Shown here piece by piece: positions 48,509 to 57,227 of a DNA stretch of 64,000 nt. The notes below the pieces were generated by a model. It searched no databases, was not told the DNA's origin, and saw nothing but the letters and a program-made list of their open reading frames with translations. Origin of the DNA: an uncultured Desulfobacteraceae bacterium (lineage in GTDB: Bacteria > Desulfobacterota > DSM-4660 > Desulfatiglandales > HGW-15); NCBI GenBank assembly GCA_964459445.1, contig CAYWMP010000004.1, positions 14,469 to 78,468 of the forward strand, written 5' to 3'. Position 1 is the stretch's first letter, and the number at the start of each line of letters is the position of its first letter. The position numbers and the translations under genes were made by a program.

Positions 48509-49453
48509 TTAAAATCCTGACTCGGTCATCTCCTTGACCAAGGCCTTTTGCTTTTTGTTCAACTTCTTGGGCACGGCAATGCCAACCACCACATAGGCGT
48601 CTCCCCTTTCAGAACCGTTCATACGGGGCATGCCGTAGCCTTTAAACCTGAATTTTGAATTGTTTTGGGTGATCGGCGGCACTTTAAGGAGTAAAGTTTT
48701 TTTGTCGATGGTGGGGATCTCGATTTCCGATCCTGAAATCGCTTCCGTAAACCGGATATCCATATTCAGGTAAAGATCGTCACCTTCCCTTTGGAACAGG
48801 GGGTGATCAAGGACCTTTACCCGGATGTACATGTCCCCGTTCGGGCCTCCATAGGGGCTGGGTTGGCCTTTGCCCGGAAGCCTCAGTTTCTTGCCCGTTG
48901 AAATACCGGCCGGGATCTTGACTGATACGCTTTCCTGGCGATCGCCGATCTGATAGCTGACCACCTTGTTGGTTACCTCTGCAGCTTCTTCAAGTGTGAT
49001 GGCTAACTCATAAATGAGATCCTGGCCTTTGGCGGTTTGTGAATGGCCGTCAAAACCGCCGAATTGATCTCCAAAGGGTGAACCGCCGGATCTGAACTGG
49101 GTCTGCCCGCCGCCACCGCCAAATATATTGGTGAATACCCGGCCGCGTCCGCCACCGCCAAAGCCGAATTCTCGAAATATGCTGCCAAAATCAAAATCAC
49201 GAAAGATGTCATCCTGCGTAAAACGTCTTTGAAATCCTTCGGCCCCAAACATGTCATATTGCTTTCGCTTTTCGGAATCACTCAGGACGGCATAGGCTTC
49301 GCTGATATCCTTAAATTTGGCTTCAGAGGCCTTGTCTCCTTTGTTTCGATCCGGATGGTATTTAAGGGCGAGTTTTCGGTAGGCCTTTTTGATTTCATCG
49401 GAAGAGGCCGATTTGGCAACACCAAGTATTTTATAATAGTCCTTGCCTGACAT
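48509..49453 (-). CDS. DnaJ-family co-chaperone without zinc finger (CbpA-like)
   Basis: J domain [15 protein letters not shown] and a G/F-rich region. No CxxCxGxG repeats. Confidence 0.8.
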   Translation of the reverse strand: MSGKDYYKILGVAKSASSDEIKKAYRKLALKYHPDRNKGDKASEAKFKDISEAYAVLSDSEKRKQYDMFGAEGFQRRFTQDDIFRDFDFGSIFREFGFGGGGRGRVFTNIFGGGGGQTQFRSGGSPFGDQFGGFDGHSQTAKGQDLIYELAITLEEAAEVTNKVVSYQIGDRQESVSVKIPAGISTGKKLRLPGKGQPSPYGGPNGDMYIRVKVLDHPLFQREGDDLYLNMDIRFTEAISGSEIEIPTIDKKTLLLKVPPITQNNSKFRFKGYGMPRMNGSERGDAYVVVGIAVPKKLNKKQKALVKEMTESGF

Positions 49454-49624
49454 ATCCCTAAATATTCATTTCAATTTTTGTACCATAACAAGTATTTAAT
49501 GCTTAAAAACATTAATCATTATGTCAAGTTAGTCAAGAAGAGGCCGGTAAGGGATTGCAGGGCCCGTCGTTCTTGAAATGATGGGCCCATTTAGGGTTTT
49601 TTCATAAGAAAATAGGGCGAAGAT

Positions 49625-50266
49625 TTAAGGATTAGCCTTTGCCGATGTCAAACGATAATCGAAATTGGCAATGATGTTTAGTCGGCCTACCAGGATATGA
49701 TCGGGAAAGGGCGGGAAAGGCACAGCGCTTTTAATCGCCCTGAGAGCTTCTCTATCGAGAATATCGTGGGCAGAGGCCTTCTTGATCTGAATCCGGGTCA
49801 TGTCACCGTCAGAGGCTAGGCTGAAAATGACCACAAGCCCTCCCTCAAGCAAATCCTTTTTGGCTCCCGGCGGATAAGTCCATAGCTTCAAGATTTTACT
49901 CTTGATTACCCGGGCATAATCCACGTATCGTTCGTCTTCTGTGTCTAAAGAGATAGTTTCCTGACCGCCCTCAAAGGTGAGTTCCGGTTCTTTTCTATCC
50001 AAGGTTTTTTCAATTTCGGAATTCTTGCCCTCATCGAGATCATGCACCGGAGGCCTGAGCAGTTCCACATAATAGGTTCGAAGCTCCTCATTCATGCCCA
50101 GCCATGGGATGGTTTTTTGAAAGGCAAGGACAATACAGGCATGGATCATGAAAGAAACTGCCAAACAGATCTGCATGATCCTCCTTGTGTGATAAGGGGG
50201 AAGGCTATTCGTTGCCCGTTTGATCATTGTTGGGTCCTTTTGCCCATAATTCCGTTCGTTTTTCAA
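49625..50266 (-). CDS. TonB C-terminal domain protein
   Basis: TM segment ICLAVSFMIHACIVLAF and C-terminal YPPGAKKDLLEG.VVIFSL...G....I.K.S....LD.EALRAIK. Start is uncertain (internal Met codons at 50227 and 50176). Confidence 0.65.
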   Translation of the reverse strand: MKNERNYGQKDPTMIKRATNSLPPYHTRRIMQICLAVSFMIHACIVLAFQKTIPWLGMNEELRTYYVELLRPPVHDLDEGKNSEIEKTLDRKEPELTFEGGQETISLDTEDERYVDYARVIKSKILKLWTYPPGAKKDLLEGGLVVIFSLASDGDMTRIQIKKASAHDILDREALRAIKSAVPFPPFPDHILVGRLNIIANFDYRLTSAKANP

Positions 50267-50837
50267 ACCACCACTCGGTACTGTCTGTCTTGAGAATCTC
50301 TGCGGCCATCTCTTTTGCTACCTCCGTCTCCAGTCTCTTTAGAGCGTAGCGGAGCCACTCTGTTGCGTATTTATTGCCCAGATCTTGCTGTTCTTTCAAC
50401 TCAAGGATCAAATCAATTTGGTCCGCATCTCTTGATATCCGGGATTCTAGAGTTATTCCCTCATTGAATTCCTCAGAAAGGGAGAGGATTTGATTTCCGA
50501 TGGGCAGGCCTTTGGTCAAATCTTTTAGGGCCTTTTCTTCGTCTACTCTCACATACCTCTTATTGACGTAATTCTGGTCACCCGTTCTGGCTTCATGGAG
50601 ATCGTGAAACAGGCACATGAGTGTTGCCTTCATAGAATCCGCACCCGGTTCTTGGGTAGCGAGCAAATACCCTATAACCGCGGTCCGAAATGAATGTTCA
50701 GCAACGGTTTCACCTCCCGATCCCAGGAATTGATATCCGGTGCGGGGCGTCTTTTTCAACATACCGACTTCAAATAAAAAGTTTACCAGCGCATTCATAA
50801 TGCCCTTTTGAATAGGAGTACGGTTCGAAAAAGTCAA
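50205..50837 (-). CDS. HD-domain phosphohydrolase (YfbR-like)
   Basis: VAEHSFRTAVIG..LFHDLHEARTGD. Confidence 0.75.
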   Translation of the reverse strand: MTFSNRTPIQKGIMNALVNFLFEVGMLKKTPRTGYQFLGSGGETVAEHSFRTAVIGYLLATQEPGADSMKATLMCLFHDLHEARTGDQNYVNKRYVRVDEEKALKDLTKGLPIGNQILSLSEEFNEGITLESRISRDADQIDLILELKEQQDLGNKYATEWLRYALKRLETEVAKEMAAEILKTDSTEWWFEKRTELWAKGPNNDQTGNE

Positions 50838-50954
50838 GTCGGTTTTGTAAAGCTCTTAACTTGATTTATAGAGAATGAGGCTTTAACATTAGCAAATATT
50901 TTCGCTTACCAAAGTTGATCGGTTTAATTTTGAAGACCCTAACTGGTAAACCGT

Positions 50955-50985
50955 AACCCTTGAACCCTTGAACCCTTGAACCCTG
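50955..50985 (+). repeat. Tandem 8-mer stutter (aacccttg x3 plus degenerate copies) upstream of def
   Basis: aacccttg at 50955, 50963 and 50971, then aaccctg and aacctta. Confidence 0.8.
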
Positions 50986-51006
50986 AACCTTAAACAAGGT
51001 TTTGAC

Positions 51007-51516
51007 ATGTCGGATAAATTTAAAATACTCACCTACCCTGAACCTGTCCTAAGAATAGAGACTGAACCCATCTCGGACATTGACGAAGATATTCAGGACC
51101 TCGTGGACGGCATGGCTGAAACCATGTATGCGGCGCCGGGCATCGGTCTGGCCGCCAATCAGGTTGGTGAGTCGAAACGGATTCTCATTTATGATCTTAC
51201 CCCAAAGGAAGACGGCCGAAAGCTCTCCGTTATTATCAACCCTGAGATTGTCCTTGTTGAAGGGAGCATTCTGCATGAAGAGGCCTGTCTCAGCGTTCTG
51301 GACTATACGGCCGAGGTTAAACGCCACTCCCAGATAAAGGTTCGTGGTGTGGATAGAGACGGCAAGCCTGTGGACATCGAGGCCGAAGGGTTATTGGCTA
51401 TTTGCCTTCAGCACGAAATCGATCACCTTAACGGAAAACTTTTCATTGATCACATCAGCAGCCTCAAGAGAGCCCTGTACAAGAAAAAGCTGAAGAAGAT
51501 GCTCAAGAACGGGTAG
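51007..51516 (+). CDS. def: Peptide deformylase
   Basis: GIGLAANQVG, EACLS and HEIDHLNG. Confidence 0.95.
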   Translation: MSDKFKILTYPEPVLRIETEPISDIDEDIQDLVDGMAETMYAAPGIGLAANQVGESKRILIYDLTPKEDGRKLSVIINPEIVLVEGSILHEEACLSVLDYTAEVKRHSQIKVRGVDRDGKPVDIEAEGLLAICLQHEIDHLNGKLFIDHISSLKRALYKKKLKKMLKNG

Positions 51517-51619
51517 GCCCCTGGAAGGTAAATTACCCCCAAGGAGCTAAGTTGTTTTACAAAATTCACGGATAAATTTATACCGTGCGGGTTTGTTGTA
51601 AGCTGAACGTTGAACATCG

Positions 51620-51789
51620 AACATTGAACGTCCAACGTCGAATGAAAAATAATCATCCAATATCGAATAATAAAGTGGCATTTCTTCTTGGCCGTTTTGA
51701 TACGTATTCACGAACAACCTTTATTCAGGATCATTAGTCTTTTTCTTTATCTTTTTGAATTCAACATTCGATGTTGGGCGTTCGATGTT
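51620..51789 (+). repeat. Long stutter-word hairpin in the def-fmt spacer (25 contiguous pairs)
   Basis: 51620-51644 pairs with 51765-51789: 22 Watson-Crick plus 3 G-U pairs on the + strand, no mismatches, 120-nt loop. Confidence 0.8.
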
Positions 51790-51856
51790 AATATTTTCGG
51801 GAAACCACCGATCGTCCTTCCATTACAAGATTAGTTCAGTATAACGGCGATTAAAA

Positions 51857-52834
51857 ATGATGTCCCATTCTAAAGAGAACTTTCCCCGTAACCCAAAACT
51901 GATATTTATGGGAACGCCCGATTTTGCGGTGCCCACATTGGAGGCTCTTATTGAAGGGGGATATGATATCCACGCGGTGGTCACGCAGCCCAATAGACCG
52001 AAGGGAAGAGGGAAGAAGATGGCGGCGCCGCCCATTAAGGCGCTGGCCGTAGAAAAACGCCTGAAAGTGCTGCAACCGGAAAAGGCTTCGGATCCCCATT
52101 TCTGTGAATTGATCAAGGGCGAGAATCCTGACCTCATTATCGTGGTTGCCTTTGGGCAGATATTAAAGAAAAATCTGCTGGAAATACCTCATTGGGGTGT
52201 TCTCAATATCCATGCCTCTCTTTTGCCCGAATACCGGGGCGCCGCCCCGATACAACGGGCCATCATGAACAATGAACAAAACACGGGTTTGACCATCATG
52301 CAGATGGATGAGGGGTTGGATACGGGGCCGATCCTATTTCAAGAAAAAGTCCCCATCATGGAGGACGAAACCGCAGGCCAATTGCATGATCGGCTCGCTG
52401 CCATAGGTGGAGGCTTCATGGTCAGGTTTTTAAGGCAGACGGCCGGGAAGCCCCTCTCAGGAAATTCGCAGGATGGCACAAAGGCTACCTATGCAGGAAA
52501 GATTGAGCGCCGACATTGCCTGATTGATTGGCGGGACAAGGCCGTAAAAGTGTGCGCCCACATCAGGGGCCTTGATCCGATTCCCGGCGCACGCACAATC
52601 CTCGATAGCAAGGAATTGAAGCTTTTCTCCGCCACTGTAGTGGATGAAGGGCGCTCCGGCGGTGTTCCGGGGACGGTGTTGGGACACGAAGAGAAAAGAC
52701 TGCTTGTGCAAACCGGGAAAGGCATCGTGGGGATGAGCGAGATCCAGTATCCGGGAAAAAAAAGACTTCCTGTGGTTGATTTTTTAAGGGGATTTTCCTT
52801 ACCAGAGGGGACGGTATTCGGAGTCAATAAATAG
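51857..52834 (+). CDS. fmt: Methionyl-tRNA formyltransferase
   Basis: FMGTPDFAVPTL..VVTQPNRPKGRG..NIHASLLPEYRGAAPIQ. Confidence 0.95.
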   Translation: MMSHSKENFPRNPKLIFMGTPDFAVPTLEALIEGGYDIHAVVTQPNRPKGRGKKMAAPPIKALAVEKRLKVLQPEKASDPHFCELIKGENPDLIIVVAFGQILKKNLLEIPHWGVLNIHASLLPEYRGAAPIQRAIMNNEQNTGLTIMQMDEGLDTGPILFQEKVPIMEDETAGQLHDRLAAIGGGFMVRFLRQTAGKPLSGNSQDGTKATYAGKIERRHCLIDWRDKAVKVCAHIRGLDPIPGARTILDSKELKLFSATVVDEGRSGGVPGTVLGHEEKRLLVQTGKGIVGMSEIQYPGKKRLPVVDFLRGFSLPEGTVFGVNK

Positions 52835-52996
52835 ATACGGAAATTGAACCATTCTTGGAAGGCCCGAGCGTATTTTCGGACATATCAATTTAAGTTTCAA
52901 AGTGCATTTGTTTAAGCGGGGGCTCGGGGATCAAAAAGAAATGGCATAAGGCAAAGGGTATGGGGCACAAGGAAGAAATTTTTTGCCTTGAGCCTT

Positions 52997-53022
52997 AGGC
53001 CTTAATCCCTAGGCCTTTTTTT
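52997..53022 (+). terminator. Candidate intrinsic terminator/attenuator after fmt
   Basis: AGGCCT-N8-AGGCCT stem followed by a T7 run. Preceded by a stutter hairpin at 52961-52997. Confidence 0.45.
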
Positions 53023-53032
53023 ATTTGTCCCC

Positions 53033-54445
53033 GTGAAGAGATTGTTGAGTCCCCGCTTATTGAGAAGTTCTAATTGCTGCCATGGATGGATATTGGACAA
53101 GCCACGGGACATAGCACTGAAAGTACTGGATCGGCTGTCATTAAAACAACAGCCAAACGCATACCTTTTGGACGAGGCCCTTGGCAATCAAGATCAATTG
53201 GATGCCAGGGACAGGGGCTTTATTATCCATTTGGTCCAGGGTGTTCAACGCTGGCGGCTTCGGCTCGATTGGATCATCGGGCAGGCCGTTCATTTCCCCC
53301 TAAGAAAGATTACGCCCCGGAATCTAAATATTCTCCGGCTCGCCCTCTATCAAATCTACTTTATGGACAAGGTACCTGAATCCGCCGCAGTCAATGAAGC
53401 AGTGAAACAGGTGAAGGTCCGCGAGTCTAAGCATGTGGTTTCTTTTGTAAATGGGGTTCTCAGAAACATTTGCAGAAACAAGGACGATTTCTCTTTCCCC
53501 GATCCAAAGAAAGATCCTATAGGGTATCTTTCAACCTTCTTTTCATATCCGGAGTGGCTGGTAAAAAAGTGGACAAGAGAACTTGGAAAGGATACCGCAC
53601 AGGACCTTTTGGAGGCGGGAAATAGAGTCCCAAAGCTTATTGTCAGAACGAACACTCTGAAAATCAATCGAACGGCCTTGATAGAGCGGCTCAAACAAGA
53701 AAATGTTGTGGGAATACCAACGCCAAAGGCTCCGGACGGCATCTTCTTGGAAGGACTTAAAGGAAGGATAGACGGTCTAAATACCTTTCGGGAAGGGCTG
53801 CTTCAGGTCCAGGGCCAGGCAACACAACTCATGTCCCATCTCCTGGCGCCCCAACCGAGGGATTCAGTGCTCGACGTATGCGCCGGATTAGGGGGCAAGG
53901 CCGGTCATATGGCAGAACTCATGCAAGGGCGGGGAAATGTTCTCGCCCTTGACATAAGCGCAAGGAGGCTGATAGACCTTGCGAGGAACTCAGAAAGGCT
54001 CGGAATTCATAACATCGATCCGGTTGTAGCAGATGCGGCTTTTGGTCTGTCGTCGCTTATTCGGTGCCGGTTTGATGGAATTATGGTAGATGCACCCTGC
54101 TCGGGGCTTGGAGTCCTTTCTAGGCATCCCGACGGTAAATGGAACCGGGATGTAAAGGACATCAAACGTCTGGCTAGGTTACAGAAGACGATATTGAAGG
54201 GCGCAGCTTCCGTCCTCAAAAAGGGGGGGAGGATGTTGTATGTGACCTGTACGATTTCAAAAGAGGAGAACGAAGAAGTCGTAGAGGACTGCCTTGAGAG
54301 AAACAAGGATCTGGAATCAATAAATCTTGCCTATGACGCCCCTGTTTGGGCTCGGCCTCTTGTCAATAGGGAAGGTTTTTTTCAGTCCTATCCCCATATC
54401 CATGAAATGGACGGCCTTTTTGCAGCGCTGTTTACAAAAAGCTAG
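53033..54445 (+). CDS. rsmB: 16S rRNA (cytosine967-C5)-methyltransferase
   Basis: NusB-like N-terminal region, DVCAGLGGKAG (SAM motif), DAPCSGLGV and TCT. Start is uncertain. Confidence 0.85.
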   Translation: MKRLLSPRLLRSSNCCHGWILDKPRDIALKVLDRLSLKQQPNAYLLDEALGNQDQLDARDRGFIIHLVQGVQRWRLRLDWIIGQAVHFPLRKITPRNLNILRLALYQIYFMDKVPESAAVNEAVKQVKVRESKHVVSFVNGVLRNICRNKDDFSFPDPKKDPIGYLSTFFSYPEWLVKKWTRELGKDTAQDLLEAGNRVPKLIVRTNTLKINRTALIERLKQENVVGIPTPKAPDGIFLEGLKGRIDGLNTFREGLLQVQGQATQLMSHLLAPQPRDSVLDVCAGLGGKAGHMAELMQGRGNVLALDISARRLIDLARNSERLGIHNIDPVVADAAFGLSSLIRCRFDGIMVDAPCSGLGVLSRHPDGKWNRDVKDIKRLARLQKTILKGAASVLKKGGRMLYVTCTISKEENEEVVEDCLERNKDLESINLAYDAPVWARPLVNREGFFQSYPHIHEMDGLFAALFTKS

Positions 54446-54455
54446 CATAGAGCAA

Positions 54456-54476
54456 GGAGCATGGAGCATGGAGCAT
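54456..54476 (+). repeat. Tandem 7-mer stutter (ggagcat x3) in the rsmB-rpe spacer
   Basis: ggagcat at 54456, 54463 and 54470, then ggagcaa. A second word series taatggctaatgaccaatgactaat lies at about 54528-54552. Confidence 0.8.
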
Positions 54477-54565
54477 GGAGCAAAGAAAGGTTTTTTGATT
54501 CAGCCCGAGCATCCAAACCACAAATGTCTAATGGCTAATGACCAATGACTAATACGGAGAAGAAT

Positions 54566-55219
54566 ATGAAGAAGATAGCACCCTCAATACTCTCGGCTGA
54601 TTTTTCAAGGCTAGGGGAAGAAGTGCAGGCGGTTGAGAAGGCAGGCGCGAACTATATCCATGTTGATGTCATGGACGGCCATTTTGTCCCCAATATTACG
54701 ATTGGGCCACTGGTGGTGAAAGCGGTACGACGAGTTACAAAATTGCCCCTTGATGTCCATTTGATGATTTCAGATCCCGATCATTTTACTGAGGAATTTG
54801 TGAAGGCCGGTTCAGATTCCCTCACGGTCCATGCCGAGGCCGTAGACCACCTGCACAGATCAATTCAGCACATTAGAAAGCTTGGGGCGAAGCCGGCTGT
54901 ATCATTAAACCCTGCAACACCTATTGAAGCGATTGAATATGTCCTGGATGATGTGGATATGGTCCTGTTGATGACCGTGAATCCCGGTTTCGGCGGTCAA
55001 GCATTTATATCTAATATGATACCGAAGATCGAACGACTGAAAGGGATGATAGATCGGAGGGGTTTGGATGTTGACATCGAGGTTGACGGCGGCATTAGTC
55101 CCAATACCATAGGCCCAGTGTCTGAGGCAGGCGCCAATGTTTTTGTGGTGGGTTCGGCGATATTTGGCAGCGAAGACTATGGTGCAACCATCCGTCTCAT
55201 GAGAGAAAAAATGGGCTGA
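54566..55219 (+). CDS. rpe: Ribulose-phosphate 3-epimerase
   Basis: [37 protein letters not shown] 54566 follows GGAGA. Confidence 0.95.
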   Translation: MKKIAPSILSADFSRLGEEVQAVEKAGANYIHVDVMDGHFVPNITIGPLVVKAVRRVTKLPLDVHLMISDPDHFTEEFVKAGSDSLTVHAEAVDHLHRSIQHIRKLGAKPAVSLNPATPIEAIEYVLDDVDMVLLMTVNPGFGGQAFISNMIPKIERLKGMIDRRGLDVDIEVDGGISPNTIGPVSEAGANVFVVGSAIFGSEDYGATIRLMREKMG

Positions 55220-55323
55220 AAACCCTTTGACTCCTTAGTGAGGAAGTATTAATATCCACTTTTTTGTAGCATGCTACTAGCAACAAGCTAATAGCAACCA
55301 GTAAATCGCTGTGGCGATTTCCC

Positions 55324-55411
55324 GGAGGGATGGCCGAGTGGTTGAAGGCGGCGGTCTTGAAAACCGTTGTCCCGAAAGGGACCGTGGGTTCGAATCCTAC
55401 TCCCTCCGCCA
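55324..55411 (+). tRNA. tRNA-Ser (anticodon UGA), CCA encoded
   Basis: Acceptor GGAGGGA/TCCCTCC, anticodon loop CTTGAAA, long variable arm GTCCC-GAAA-GGGAC, T loop TTCGAAT. Confidence 0.9.
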
Positions 55412-55438
55412 AGAAATCCAGTTTTACAGGATTTCACT

Positions 55439-55889
55439 TGTGGCTAGTAGCTTTTGGCATTTAACTGAGTGGAATTGTGGTTATTAGGGTAGCAATTGAA
55501 GCGCTTCAGATTCAAAGAGTTTCGCGTCTATCAAGATGCCAAAGAATACTGCAAGTACTGCCGCGATATTGTAAAAAGGCATATAGAGAAAAAGGATAAG
55601 GGTCTTTCTGATCAGCTAGGAAGGGCGCTCAATTCTATTGTTCTTAATATAGCAGAGGGATCAGGTGATAATTCCGACGCCGAATTCGCGAGGTTTCTAG
55701 GAATCTCAATTCGGTCTGTCTACGAAACTGTTGCTGGTTTTGATCTAGCCACACTTTATGAACTCATAGACAATAATCTGAATGATGATATTGAAGAAAG
55801 GGCTCACAAGCTAGTAAAGCAACTCGTATCATTCAGAAAAAAGCTGAAGGAATAAATTGTAAGCTACTGGCCGAGGGCCAATAGCCACA
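55439..55889 (+). repeat. Hairpin cassette enclosing the four-helix-bundle gene
   Basis: tgtggcta 55439-55446 pairs with tagccaca 55882-55889. gtagctt 55447-55453 pairs with aagctac 55861-55867. The bulge 55868-55881 folds as TGGCC-GAGG-GCCA(A). Confidence 0.65.
55496..55855 (+). CDS. Four-helix-bundle protein (23S rRNA intervening-sequence protein / Avd-like family)
   Basis: FKEFRVYQDAKEY.., ..ALNSIVLNIAEGSG..., FARFLGISIRSVYET match the family pattern. TTG start. Confidence 0.75.
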   Translation: MKRFRFKEFRVYQDAKEYCKYCRDIVKRHIEKKDKGLSDQLGRALNSIVLNIAEGSGDNSDAEFARFLGISIRSVYETVAGFDLATLYELIDNNLNDDIEERAHKLVKQLVSFRKKLKE

Positions 55890-56017
55890 GGTGGCCTATA
55901 GCTTATGGCATGTGGCTTAAAGGGGAATAGGAGCAAGTCAATTAGAGATTAGACAGCGAAAAAAAAGCTACTGGCTAATAGCCAATAGCTACCAGTGTTT
56001 CGCATCAGCGAAACCGC

Positions 56018-56110
56018 GGAGAGATGGCCGAGTTGGCTGAAGGCGCTCGCCTGCTAAGCGAGTGTAGGGCGAAAGTTCTACCGAGGGTTCGAATCCCTCT
56101 CTCTCCGCCA
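56018..56110 (+). tRNA. tRNA-Ser (anticodon GCU), CCA encoded
   Basis: Acceptor GGAGAGA/TCTCTCC, anticodon stem CTCGC/GCGAG with loop CTGCTAA, long variable arm, T loop TTCGAAT. Confidence 0.9.
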
Positions 56111-56122
56111 TTTCAATAACTT

Positions 56123-56146
56123 AGGCGGCGTAAAGTCGCCTTTTTT
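56123..56146 (+). terminator. Intrinsic terminator after tRNA-Ser(GCU)
   Basis: AGGCGG-N7-TCGCCT stem followed by T6. Confidence 0.6.
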
Positions 56147-56286
56147 ATTTAGGGACAGGGATTGTCTACTGAAGATTGATGAGTTGAGTTATTGAGTTGA
56201 TAACAACTCTTTTTTTCCAAGGAAGCAGCGAAGAGTGTTGCAGAGGTGAAGGAGCAAACGGGGCGGCCGAAACCTCATTGGAGAAG

Positions 56287-56919
56287 CTACCTCTTCTTGC
56301 CAACCATAAATGCCATAGGAATGGCATCTTCGATCACCTCCCGTTTGATCAGGGAAAACCCGGAGTCACGTATCAGGTTCGCTAATGCCTCGATAGTGAA
56401 GCGATGATAGGCCGGAAAACCTGTGAATCCCATAAGCATGGACAAGAGCCTTGATTTGAAACCCTCGCCATGACAGAAGGTCGGGGTCAGGAGCTTGCCA
56501 TCTTCTTTAAGGACCCTTCTCATTTCGGACAGGGCGATCTCCGGCGCCTTCATGTTATGCAAAGCATTGCTGCATATCGCCGCATCAAACACCTCGCTTT
56601 CAAGGGGCAGCGCATAGGCATCTTCAACCAAAAAGGTTACGTTTTCAAGTCCCCTCGCAGCAGCCTTTTTTCGCGCCTGCTCTACCATGGCCGGAGAGAT
56701 ATCGACCGCGTAGACGCGGCCCGCTTTTTCAGCCATCTTCAGGGCAAGCAACCCGGTTCCGGAAGCCACCTCCAGTACGGTCGAGCCCATCGGGATTTCC
56801 AGGGAGATCCTTTCCAAGAGCAAGGGGTAGCTTTTGATCCACCGATCCACGAACCTGTCGTATCTTCCAGCGAACCGGTCCCAGAATTTTCGCTCCATTT
56901 GAATTCTGTTATCCGTCAT
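56287..56919 (-). CDS. Class I SAM-dependent methyltransferase
   Basis: VLEVASGTGLLAL (motif I), VYAVDISPAM, and ..FDAAICSNALHNM. Confidence 0.8.
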   Translation of the reverse strand: MTDNRIQMERKFWDRFAGRYDRFVDRWIKSYPLLLERISLEIPMGSTVLEVASGTGLLALKMAEKAGRVYAVDISPAMVEQARKKAAARGLENVTFLVEDAYALPLESEVFDAAICSNALHNMKAPEIALSEMRRVLKEDGKLLTPTFCHGEGFKSRLLSMLMGFTGFPAYHRFTIEALANLIRDSGFSLIKREVIEDAIPMAFMVGKKR

Positions 56920-57227
56920 GGCCTTTCCTCCACACCAGGCGCCGACAACAGAACCGACCTGCGCCTAAAAAAAAATCCCAGATGCCATTTTCACGAAAGA
57001 ACTCAAGTATGATGTGGACAAAGATCCCGCCAAGCTGATATTCGATCTCATTGTGTGGAAGCGTTGTCCCCCTACTCGTTGCCTATTCCGATCCTATACC
57101 AGGGGCACGACCATGGGATTCCCCTTGTGGTAATGGATTTCGACGGGCAGGCCGCACACCGCTTCCAAAACGGAAAGGGCCGCCCCAACCAGCAAGGCCT
57201 GCCGTTGGTTGCCCCGCCCTTATTCGG

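Noticed and set aside
49560-49605. GGGCCC..GGGCCC hairpin followed by a T-run between the tonB-like and dnaJ-like genes.
   Set aside because: The T-run follows the stem only on the plus strand, while both neighbouring genes are on the minus strand. A terminator call is not supported.
55197-55412. 71-aa minus-strand ORF.
   Set aside because: It overlaps the well-folded tRNA-Ser(UGA) and the end of rpe, so it is an artefact of the tRNA sequence.
55496-55855. Four-helix-bundle gene as the Avd component of a diversity-generating retroelement.
   Set aside because: No reverse transcriptase ORF and no template/variable repeat pair are visible anywhere nearby. The IVS-like hairpin context fits better.
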